A DNA stretch of 64,000 bases, from positions 10,964 to 74,963 of the forward strand of contig CAZVYG010000017.1 of assembly GCA_964631605.1 (NCBI GenBank). Direction: 5' to 3'. This DNA is from an uncultured Verrucomicrobiota bacterium. GTDB lineage: Bacteria > Verrucomicrobiota > Verrucomicrobiia > Limisphaerales > UBA8199. The first letter of the stretch is position 1, and every line of letters begins with the position of its first letter. This document shows positions 14,748-23,184 of this stretch, piece after piece. A model generated the notes under the pieces. The model did not search any database. It saw only the letters and a list, made by a program, of their open reading frames with translations, and had not been told where the DNA came from. A program made the translations under genes and the position numbers.

Positions 14748-15431
14748 TTATTTCTGGCGGTTCACCCACTCGACCGCCCGCCGGACAAGTTCCATTCCAT
14801 TGGCAAGGCGGAGTTTCTCTTTGAGGTGAGCGCGGTAGGTTTCGACCGTGCTGACGGACAAGTGGAGTTTGGCCGCAATGCGGCGGGTGGTGAGGCCGGC
14901 GCCGATCAGTTGGAAGACTTCGAGCTCGCGGTCGCTGAGGTTTTCGAGTTCGGAAGGAGACTTAGGGGAGGAGGTTCCATGCAAGTGCTTGTGGACCAAT
15001 CGAGTATGCATGGACTCGCTGAGCCAGAGCTGGCCGCCCAGGACCTTGCGGATGGCGCGCATGAGTTCGCTGGTGGGGGCCTGTTTCATCACGTAGCCGC
15101 GGGCGCCGGCACGAAGCGCCCGTTCGGCGTAGAGCGATTCGTCGTGGGTCGAGAGAACCAGAATGGGCAGACGCGGGTGGCGCGCTTTGATGTCTTTGAT
15201 CAGTTCCAACCCGCTGGATTCGGCGAGGGAAAGGTCCACAATGACAAGGTCCGGGCGGGTGGTGTCAATGCCGACGAGGGCCTTGGCTGCGGTGCCTGCC
15301 TGACCGCAGACCTCGAGGTCGGGCTGGTAATTCAACAATTGGGCGAACCCTTCGCGGGTGACGGGGTGGTCCTCGACGAGGTAGAGGCGGCTTTTGTTGG
15401 ATTTTCGCTGGGATTCCGGTTTTGAGGTCAT
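14748..15431 (-). CDS. NarL/FixJ (LuxR-type HTH) response regulator
   Basis: Receiver motifs LVEDH, DLVIVDL and GYVMK; HTH segment LSDRELEVFQLIG...TVETYRAHLKEKL. Confidence 0.95.
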   Translation of the reverse strand: MTSKPESQRKSNKSRLYLVEDHPVTREGFAQLLNYQPDLEVCGQAGTAAKALVGIDTTRPDLVIVDLSLAESSGLELIKDIKARHPRLPILVLSTHDESLYAERALRAGARGYVMKQAPTSELMRAIRKVLGGQLWLSESMHTRLVHKHLHGTSSPKSPSELENLSDRELEVFQLIGAGLTTRRIAAKLHLSVSTVETYRAHLKEKLRLANGMELVRRAVEWVNRQK

Positions 15432-16645
15432 AGCAACCTCCGGTTGGCATTGGAGAGATGAGGGCCGCGCAGCCAGCATTTGACCACGGTCCCCTCGGTC
15501 GGTCCCGGCTGGACTTCGAGGTGGGCGCCCACAGTGCGGGCGCGGTAGTTCATGAGGTGCAGGCCCATGCCGGCTTTGCGTTTGGGTTTTGGGGGCAAAC
15601 CGCTGCCGTTATCCTGAACGCAAAGCTTAAGGAAGTTATCGCTGCAGGTGAGGCGAATCCAGATTTTGGTGGCATGGCCGTGCCGGATGGCGTTGGTCGT
15701 AGCCTCCTGCGCGATACGGTAAAGATGAGTGGCCATGGCATGGTCATGGACCAGGACGGGTTTCTTGAACTGGCAAACGCAGGACACGCCAAACACGCTG
15801 CTGACGCTGGCGGCCAGCCCTTGCAGGGCGGACATCAAGCCGCGGGCCTCCAGGTCCACGGGGTGAAGTCCCCGGGCGACATTGCGGGCCTGGTGAATGG
15901 CGGAATTGATAAGGCCCTCGATCGCGCCGGCGTCCTTGGCCTCGGCCGCGTTTTTGGCGTCGAGTTTCTGTTCGAGGAGGGTGATTTTGTATTTGATGCC
16001 GCTGAGCAACTGGCACAGGCCGTCGTGGAGGTCCTGCCCGATGCGCTCGCGCTCTTGATCGGAGATTTCCAGGATTTGTTGTTCGAGCCGTTCCCGCTCG
16101 GTGAGGTCGTTGGCGGCCAGAAGAAAGCGTCTGCCGACCACGGTGCCAACGAACTCGACCCGGCGAAGGGAACCATCTTTGCAGGTGACTTCGACTTCGA
16201 GGGGCCCGATTTCCTTGCCGGTGCGCAGGCCGCGTTTGAGGCAGGCCTGCCACTGGGTGGCGACCTGGCGGCGGTATTCGGGGTCGGGATAGGCGCGGGC
16301 GAACCAGGCGGCGGAAGTGGGCAGTTCTTCGCGGGTGTAGCCGAATTTCTCCACGAATTTGCGGTTCAAATACTCGATGGTGCCCTTCATGTCGTCCACC
16401 GACAAGGGTACGGGCGAGGCGTCTATGACCTGGCGAAAATCGGTTTCCACCGCGGGGGACGAACGGGCGGCCCGCAGGGCGCGGTTCTCGGCTTGCAGAG
16501 CCCGGAGGCGGCGTTTCAGCTTGCGGACAAGCGAGGACTCCCCGTTATCGCCAGCGGCGAGAGCCGACTTCGCGGACGCTGACTGCTTCGTTTGGCCGCG
16601 AAAGCGGGGCATGCCGCGGATTCTTTTTTTGGGCTTTGGCAACAT
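15428..16645 (-). CDS. PAS-domain sensor histidine kinase (HisKA_3)
   Basis: PAS-like segment, ERERIGQDLHDGLCQ, YRIAQEATTNAIRH and DNGSG motifs; overlaps the response regulator gene. Confidence 0.93.
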   Translation of the reverse strand: MLPKPKKRIRGMPRFRGQTKQSASAKSALAAGDNGESSLVRKLKRRLRALQAENRALRAARSSPAVETDFRQVIDASPVPLSVDDMKGTIEYLNRKFVEKFGYTREELPTSAAWFARAYPDPEYRRQVATQWQACLKRGLRTGKEIGPLEVEVTCKDGSLRRVEFVGTVVGRRFLLAANDLTERERLEQQILEISDQERERIGQDLHDGLCQLLSGIKYKITLLEQKLDAKNAAEAKDAGAIEGLINSAIHQARNVARGLHPVDLEARGLMSALQGLAASVSSVFGVSCVCQFKKPVLVHDHAMATHLYRIAQEATTNAIRHGHATKIWIRLTCSDNFLKLCVQDNGSGLPPKPKRKAGMGLHLMNYRARTVGAHLEVQPGPTEGTVVKCWLRGPHLSNANRRLL

Positions 16646-16845
16646 GAGCCTGAGCGCGCTGTCAATTCCAGCAATTCGATCTTACCCTTCCCCTCCCCTG
16701 CGCGGCAAGGTCCGCCTGAGGGGTCGCCACGCATCCTTCCCCGGGGCCAAGGTGTCCTGGGCTTCGCTTTTTGTTTGCAGGCTCGCCTCGGCGACAGACC
16801 GGATCGGGTTGTTGATTCTGCCGAGGAACCGCTGGTCGGGAGGCT

Positions 16846-17916
16846 TCAACGCGAAAGCAGATTCTGGACAATGTGGCCGGGCACGGCCAGGGCGGTGCCG
16901 TGGCGGGCGCCTCGAGGCATTGAGATGAGGGAGGAAATGTCTTCCCAAGTCTCGAGATCACGGGAACGGAGGGCTTCGTAACGGCGGTCCCGATAGGCGT
17001 CGAAATAAACGAGGTGGAACTCCCCGACCTTGAGGGCGGTGGGACCTTCAACCCAACTGCGGGTGAAGGGCGGTTTAAGCGGTTCGAAAGGGCCCTCGGG
17101 GGAATTGGCGCTGGCGATGCGCAGGTGTTTGCGGGGCGGCTTGACGGTTTCGTCCTTGATAATGAGATGGAAACGGTCGCCGACGGGTAGCAAAGTGGCA
17201 TCAATGACGCTGAAGCCGGGATCGTAAAACAAACGGGTGGGGGCGAAGGTTTTGAAGTCGGTGGTCGTCGTGCAATACATTCGATGATTGTAGTTGTTTT
17301 CCGACTGGCCCGCCGTTTCGAGAAACCGGTTGGTGACGGTGCTGGCCCAAAAGATGAGGTAACGCTGCTTCCCGGAATCCCAGAAAATCTCAGGCGCCCA
17401 GCAGTTCAACACAGCCGGCTCGTGGGCCATGACGGGGACGGCCTGCTGGGGGGACCAGCTCAACAGGTCGGCCGAGGAGGCGTAACCGATGGTTTTTCCG
17501 TTCCAGGCCGTGGTCCAGACCATGTGGAATTTAACGTCGGGACCCAGCAAAAGGCACGGATCGCGCATCAGCTTCGACTCGCCGACCTCAGGCTTCAGAA
17601 AGCTCCGGTCCCCGTTCAAAGCTTCCCAGCGGTAACCGTCCGGGCTCCAGGCGAGGTGAAGACCGTCCTCACCGTTGCCGACGAAGTACGAGAACAGATA
17701 GGCGGTGGCGGGGACCTTTGAGACGGGGACGGGCGGCGTGGTGGACGGGGACAAAGCTCCGGACGCAGGAGCGTTTTTCGGCTCTCGGGGCGGCGTCTGG
17801 GCCAAGACCCTTTCGGGCCGCGCCTCAAGGAGCGCGGGTTGAGCCGGGGCCTGGAAAGTGCCCAACAAAGCTGACAGCATCGCGGTAACGGCGAAAGAAC
17901 CGGATTGAATTCTCAT
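16846..17916 (-). CDS. Secreted glycoside hydrolase, GH43-like five-bladed propeller
   Basis: YLFSYFVGNGEDGLHLAWS, MRDP, CWAPE, VIDAT and WVEGP motifs; signal-peptide-like N-terminus from ATG 17916. Confidence 0.88.
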   Translation of the reverse strand: MRIQSGSFAVTAMLSALLGTFQAPAQPALLEARPERVLAQTPPREPKNAPASGALSPSTTPPVPVSKVPATAYLFSYFVGNGEDGLHLAWSPDGYRWEALNGDRSFLKPEVGESKLMRDPCLLLGPDVKFHMVWTTAWNGKTIGYASSADLLSWSPQQAVPVMAHEPAVLNCWAPEIFWDSGKQRYLIFWASTVTNRFLETAGQSENNYNHRMYCTTTTDFKTFAPTRLFYDPGFSVIDATLLPVGDRFHLIIKDETVKPPRKHLRIASANSPEGPFEPLKPPFTRSWVEGPTALKVGEFHLVYFDAYRDRRYEALRSRDLETWEDISSLISMPRGARHGTALAVPGHIVQNLLSR

Positions 17917-18022
17917 ATACAGTGGGAAAAAATACTGGCCCGACAGAAGGGTGTCACGACGGAAGGCGGCAACGGAATAATCTTCCTTTATTCGCGGCCG
18001 ACGTTCCGTGTATGAGTAACTT

Positions 18023-21000
18023 ATGCGGACGATACTTTGGCTGAGTGCATTCGGCGTCGGGCCATCAGTTGCTTTTCCCAGCCTTTCAATGCTGGCTGCA
18101 AGCGTAATTCTTCTGGCCGGCCAATTGGGCGCGAAGGAAGTGCTGGAACCCGCCAGTTCGCTGCCCGTGCTGAAGAAGGTGGATGTGGTGGTGGTTGGGG
18201 GAGGTTCCGCGGGAGTGGCGGCAGCGGTGGAAGCGGCGCGAAGTGGCGCCAAGGTTTTTGTGGTCGCCCCGCGGCCCTATTTGGGGGAGGATATCTGCGG
18301 GCCGTATCGCCTCTGGCTGGAACGGGGGGAGGAGCCGGCCACCGACGTGGCGAGGGAAGTGTTTAAGCCGACAGCCGCATTTACCCCCGAGCTGATCGGT
18401 CGTGGACTGCGTTTCCGATACGCGGCGGACAAGCCTGCCTCGGCGCGGCACCCGGACAGCCAGGCCGAGCCCCGGCTTACCGACGGCAAATGGCAGAACG
18501 CCAGCTCACAAAGTGTTCAATTCGACGGGAACGTCACTTTGATTCTGGACTTTGGCAAACCCGCTGCACTTGGCGGAATCCACGTGCTGGCCTACCAGCG
18601 GAATGATGATTTTGAGGTCGCCGAGGTCGCGGTTTCGTCAAGCGAGAACCAACAGGACTGGAGCGCGTTGGCGATGATTAAGAACAGCCAACTCGGCGCG
18701 GGTGGATTCGAGGAAACCGCGCTGCGTCTATCGGCATTCTTCCAAACCAAGGCCCGGTTTCTGAAGCTTGCCATCCAAAAGGGGCCGAAAGCCGGCCGGG
18801 TTTTGCTGGGCGAAATTGTGGTGGAGGGTGTTCCCGAGACCCCGGTCGCAAAACCGCAAACGCCACGGAGACCCCTCGCGACGCCGATGCAGGTCAAGCG
18901 CGCGCTGGACGAAGCGCTGATCAAGGCAAAAATCCCATTCCTCTATGCCAGTCATGCCATCGAAGTGTTGCGCGACGCCGCGGGAAAGCCTGCGGGTGTG
19001 GTCATTGCGAACCGCTCCGGACGCCAGGCGGTGCTGGCCAAAGTCATTATTGACGTCACGGAGCGAGCCAACATTGCGAGACGGCTCGGGGCGCGATTTT
19101 CGCCCTCGCCGAGTGGTCCGCAGGTCTTCAACCGGGTGGTGGTTGGAGGGCCGACCCGGAGCGGGGAGCCGCTCTCGGTGCGGGCGCCCGAGCAGCCGAT
19201 CACCATCATTGACCGCCGAGGCAATGCCCACCCCGTGCTCGAGTACACCCTCCGGGTCCCAATGACGGACGATTCGTTCGCTTCGTTTGCCGCGGCGGAA
19301 CAGATCGCCCGCGACTGGACTTGGACGCGGGACGCAGTGGATGCTTCCGAAAGTTTGTTTCAAGTTCCGCCCGACTCTTTTCAAAGCCGCCAGAGCTACA
19401 GCGGTTCGTGGCCTGGAGCGGACCGGATTCCGTTTGGATGTTTTCAACCAGCCGGGATTGAGCGCCTGTTCGCCCTGGGCGGGTGCGCGGATGTATCCCG
19501 CGAGGCGGCGGCCGAACTTCTGCGGCCCGTCAATTTGATGGCCGTCGGCGCGCGGATTGGCCAAGCCGCGGCGGAGCTGGCGTCGCGGGAGCCCGCGCTG
19601 GAAGGGGTTCGTCTGCCGGGCCGCGCGGTCGGGAACGCTGTCGGGGGGGAAATCCGGCAGGCGCACGAGGGCGCCAACCTCCGGCAGGAGGGCGCGCGGA
19701 CCATTGCAGCGGAAGCCCTTGGGGTTCCGGTCATCGGGGAGTACGACGTAGTTGTGGTGGGCGGGGGCACGGGCGGGGCCCCGGCGGCGATCGGGGCCGG
19801 CCGGCGGGGGGCGCGAACGTTGTTGGTCGAGTATCTGCACAGTCTTGGAGGGGTGGGCACGGCCGGGTTTATCGCGAAGTATTACCACGGAAACCGGGTT
19901 GGCTTTACGGGCGAGATTGACCGCAAGGTAATGGAGTTCGAGAAGGAAGACTCGCGAAGCGTGGGCTCGGGGTGGAATCCGGATCATAAGAGCGAGGTGT
20001 ATCGCCGCGAGCTGCGGCAGGCGGGCGTGGATATCTGGTTCGGGGTGATGGGCGGCGGGGCGGTGGTGGAGAATGGGCGCGTCAAGGGCGTCGTGGTCCT
20101 CACGCCGCATGGACGGGGTGTGGTCCTGGCCGGGATGGTCATTGACGCCACTGGCAATGCCGACATTGCGGCGGCCGCCGGGGCCCCGTGCCGCTATACG
20201 GATGAGACCGACGTTGCGGTTCAAGGCGCGGGGCTTCCGCCCCGTGATTTGGGACAGAAATACCTCAACACGGATTTCACCTTTGTGGATGACACGGATG
20301 TTTTTGACCTCTGGCGGGTGCTGGTGGTGGGGCGGCAGAAATATCCCGCGGCTTACGACCTGGGCCAACTGGTGGACACCCGCGAGCGGCGGCAGATTGT
20401 GGGAGACTTCTTTTTCACGCCCATGGACATGATGCTGCGGCGGACGTTTCCTGACACGGTCGTGGTTGCGCGGAGCAATTTCGACACGCATGGGTACACC
20501 GTTCATCCTTTGTTCATGCTCCGGCCGCCGGACCGGGAGGATTTGGACGTGCGCGTGCCCTATCGCTGCCTGCTGCCGCAGGGGTTGGATCGAATCCTGG
20601 TTACGGGGCTGGGGGTCAGCGCGCATCGGGACGCCATTCCCTGCATCCGCATGCAGCCCGACATCCAGAACCAGGGCTACGCGGCAGGAGTGGCTGCGGC
20701 GGAAATCGTTCGCCAGAACATCTCCAGCCGCGCCCTGGATATCAAGGCCCTGCAGAAGCACCTGATCGAAATCGGCAATCTGCCGCCGTCGGTTCTCGAA
20801 GAGACGGACAACTTTCCACTGCCAAAGGAGCGAATCCTTGCGGCGGTGCAGGCGGTCGCCAAGGATTATGAACAGTTGGAGGTGGTGCTTGCGCAATTTG
20901 ACGCGGCCCAACCGCTGTTGCGCGAGGCGTACGCGAAGGCTGGGTCCGGCCCGGCGCGGCTGATCTACGCGCACATTTTGGGCATGATGGGGGACGCGAC

Positions 21001-21544
21001 CGGAGTTGACGCGCTGGTTCAGGCGGTTTCCTCGGCCGAGTGGGACAAAGGCTGGCGCTACACGGGCATGGGCCAGTTTGGGGCCTGCATGAGTCCCCTC
21101 GACAGCCAGATCATCGCCCTGGGACGAACCCGCTCGCCCGCCGCAGTGCCGGTGATCCGGGAAAAGGCCGAACAACTGGATGCCCATGCGGAGTTTTCTC
21201 ACATTCGAGCCGTGGCAATGGCGTTGGAAACGCTTGGGGACAGCTCCGCAGCCAAGGCGCTGGCCGACCTCCTGGAAAAACCGGGGATGAGCGGTCATGC
21301 GGTGACGGACATCGAGTCCGCGTTGAGGGACATTCCAACAAGCGGAACTGACACCTCAACCCGGAACCGCGCCTTGAGCGAACTTTACCTGGCGCGCGCC
21401 CTGTATCGCTGCGGAGATTACCAGGGGCTTGGCGAAAAGATTCTCCGGCAGTACGCCAACGATCTGCACGGCCACTACGCGCGCCACGCCCGTGCCGTGC
21501 TCAAACAAGGGCCAAAGCCCGCCCGCGAGCAGCCGGTGATTTAA
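18023..21544 (+). CDS. Large FAD-dependent oxidoreductase with two Rossmann GxGxxG modules, a discoidin/F5-8-like insert and a HEAT-like C-terminus
   Basis: VDVVVVGGGSAG and YDVVVVGGGTGG; IDATGNADIAAAAG; RERRQIVG. Start may be ATG 18089. Confidence 0.85.
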   Translation: MRTILWLSAFGVGPSVAFPSLSMLAASVILLAGQLGAKEVLEPASSLPVLKKVDVVVVGGGSAGVAAAVEAARSGAKVFVVAPRPYLGEDICGPYRLWLERGEEPATDVAREVFKPTAAFTPELIGRGLRFRYAADKPASARHPDSQAEPRLTDGKWQNASSQSVQFDGNVTLILDFGKPAALGGIHVLAYQRNDDFEVAEVAVSSSENQQDWSALAMIKNSQLGAGGFEETALRLSAFFQTKARFLKLAIQKGPKAGRVLLGEIVVEGVPETPVAKPQTPRRPLATPMQVKRALDEALIKAKIPFLYASHAIEVLRDAAGKPAGVVIANRSGRQAVLAKVIIDVTERANIARRLGARFSPSPSGPQVFNRVVVGGPTRSGEPLSVRAPEQPITIIDRRGNAHPVLEYTLRVPMTDDSFASFAAAEQIARDWTWTRDAVDASESLFQVPPDSFQSRQSYSGSWPGADRIPFGCFQPAGIERLFALGGCADVSREAAAELLRPVNLMAVGARIGQAAAELASREPALEGVRLPGRAVGNAVGGEIRQAHEGANLRQEGARTIAAEALGVPVIGEYDVVVVGGGTGGAPAAIGAGRRGARTLLVEYLHSLGGVGTAGFIAKYYHGNRVGFTGEIDRKVMEFEKEDSRSVGSGWNPDHKSEVYRRELRQAGVDIWFGVMGGGAVVENGRVKGVVVLTPHGRGVVLAGMVIDATGNADIAAAAGAPCRYTDETDVAVQGAGLPPRDLGQKYLNTDFTFVDDTDVFDLWRVLVVGRQKYPAAYDLGQLVDTRERRQIVGDFFFTPMDMMLRRTFPDTVVVARSNFDTHGYTVHPLFMLRPPDREDLDVRVPYRCLLPQGLDRILVTGLGVSAHRDAIPCIRMQPDIQNQGYAAGVAAAEIVRQNISSRALDIKALQKHLIEIGNLPPSVLEETDNFPLPKERILAAVQAVAKDYEQLEVVLAQFDAAQPLLREAYAKAGSGPARLIYAHILGMMGDATGVDALVQAVSSAEWDKGWRYTGMGQFGACMSPLDSQIIALGRTRSPAAVPVIREKAEQLDAHAEFSHIRAVAMALETLGDSSAAKALADLLEKPGMSGHAVTDIESALRDIPTSGTDTSTRNRALSELYLARALYRCGDYQGLGEKILRQYANDLHGHYARHARAVLKQGPKPAREQPVI

Positions 21545-21669
21545 TTGAAATGGAGATGATGGCGCGGCAGAGGCCGGGCGCGGGACTCTTTGGCGAAGGC
21601 CGCGCCGGGTTTGCTGCGCCCAAAGGCTGGATCATCCAGTCGGAATCTGCAATACTACTGGCCTAAAAT

Positions 21670-23184
21670 ATGAAGTGTTTTCTGGTCCCCCACCTGGTTG
21701 TCCTGTCCGGTTTGGTGTTCGGCCCGTTCGCGCCGGCGCAAGCCGGGGCGCCGGTCGCGCGACCGAACGTGTTGTTGATTTGCGTGGATGATCTCAAACC
21801 CGTGCTGGGCTGCTACGGCGACCCGCTCGCGAAAACGCCCAACCTGGACCGTCTGGCGGCGCGGGGGATGCGTTTTGACCTCGCCTACTGCAACCAGGCG
21901 GTTTGCGCGCCGTCGCGCAACAATCTGATGGTGGGCAGCCGCTCAACGACGTTGGGGGTTTACTCGCTGGGCACGCATTTCCGCAAAGCCGCGCCGGATG
22001 CCGTGACCCTCCTCCAATACTTCATGCGGCACGGATACCGCACCGAGGGCATCGGGAAGATTTTTCATATCGGCCACGGAAATCACGACGACCCGGCCTC
22101 GTGGTCTGTGCCCTTCCAACCGGACAAGGTGGTCGAGTATGCCCTGCCAGCGAATTCCGCCAATGGGCAACTTACCCGCGAAGAAGCTTATTTTACCAAT
22201 CAGAAACTCGGACAGAATCGCGAACTGCCGCGGGGGGCCGCCTGGGAAATCGCCGACCTGCCGGACAACACCTATGCGGACGGCCGGATTGCGGATGAAG
22301 GCATCCGCCGCCTCCGCGCGGCGGCTGAGCGCCCCGATCAGCCGCTGTTCCTCGCCCTCGGTTTTGTCAAGCCACACCTTCCCTTTTGCGCGCCCAAAAA
22401 GTACTGGGAGCTGCACGACCGCAAGGCCTTCAAGCTTGCCGGGCAAACCCAACCACCCGTGGGCGCGCCTCGTTATGCCGGCAAGACTCTGGGAGAATTG
22501 AACCAATACACCCCTGTGCCAGAGCAGCCGCCCCTCTCGGAGGACCTGCAACGCACCCTCATCCACGGCTACTACGCCGCCACGTCTTTCATGGACGCCC
22601 AAGTGGGCCGGGTGCTTGACGAGTTGGACCGCCTTGGATTGTCCAAGCGCACGATCATTGTGCTCTGGGGCGACAATGGCTGGCACTTCGGCGACCACGG
22701 CGCCTGGACGAAGCATACCAACTACGAACACGCCAATCGCATCCCGTTGATGATCGTGGCTCCCGGGATCACCCAGCCGGGATCCTCGACCCGGCAACTG
22801 ACCGAGACCGTGGACTTGTATCCGACTTTGGTGGAACTGGCGGGGCTGCCCGCGCCCCAAGTTCCCCAGAAACTGGATGGCCTGAGCCTGGTGCCCGTGC
22901 TCAGGAATCCAGATGCCCGGGTGCGCGACCACGCGTATCACGCCTTCCCACGACAGCGGGCCGGCCAGCCGATCATTGGCCGGGCCATTCGCACCGAACG
23001 CTATCGCCTCGTGGAATGGAAGAAGCCCGGGGCGTCCCGCGACACAGCCGATATTGAACTTTACGATTACCAGTCCGAGCCGCTGGAATCCACCAACCTG
23101 GCCCCGCGTCTGCCGGCGGTGGTTGAACAGTTGAGCCAGATTCTGGCGCGTCATCCGGAAGCCAGGGAAGGCATCGAAAACTAA
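21670..23184 (+). CDS. Cys-type sulfatase (iduronate-2-sulfatase-like)
   Basis: PNVLLICVDD, CAPSR formylglycine motif, GKIFH, GFVKPHLPF and WGDNG; signal peptide. Confidence 0.93.
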   Translation: MKCFLVPHLVVLSGLVFGPFAPAQAGAPVARPNVLLICVDDLKPVLGCYGDPLAKTPNLDRLAARGMRFDLAYCNQAVCAPSRNNLMVGSRSTTLGVYSLGTHFRKAAPDAVTLLQYFMRHGYRTEGIGKIFHIGHGNHDDPASWSVPFQPDKVVEYALPANSANGQLTREEAYFTNQKLGQNRELPRGAAWEIADLPDNTYADGRIADEGIRRLRAAAERPDQPLFLALGFVKPHLPFCAPKKYWELHDRKAFKLAGQTQPPVGAPRYAGKTLGELNQYTPVPEQPPLSEDLQRTLIHGYYAATSFMDAQVGRVLDELDRLGLSKRTIIVLWGDNGWHFGDHGAWTKHTNYEHANRIPLMIVAPGITQPGSSTRQLTETVDLYPTLVELAGLPAPQVPQKLDGLSLVPVLRNPDARVRDHAYHAFPRQRAGQPIIGRAIRTERYRLVEWKKPGASRDTADIELYDYQSEPLESTNLAPRLPAVVEQLSQILARHPEAREGIEN

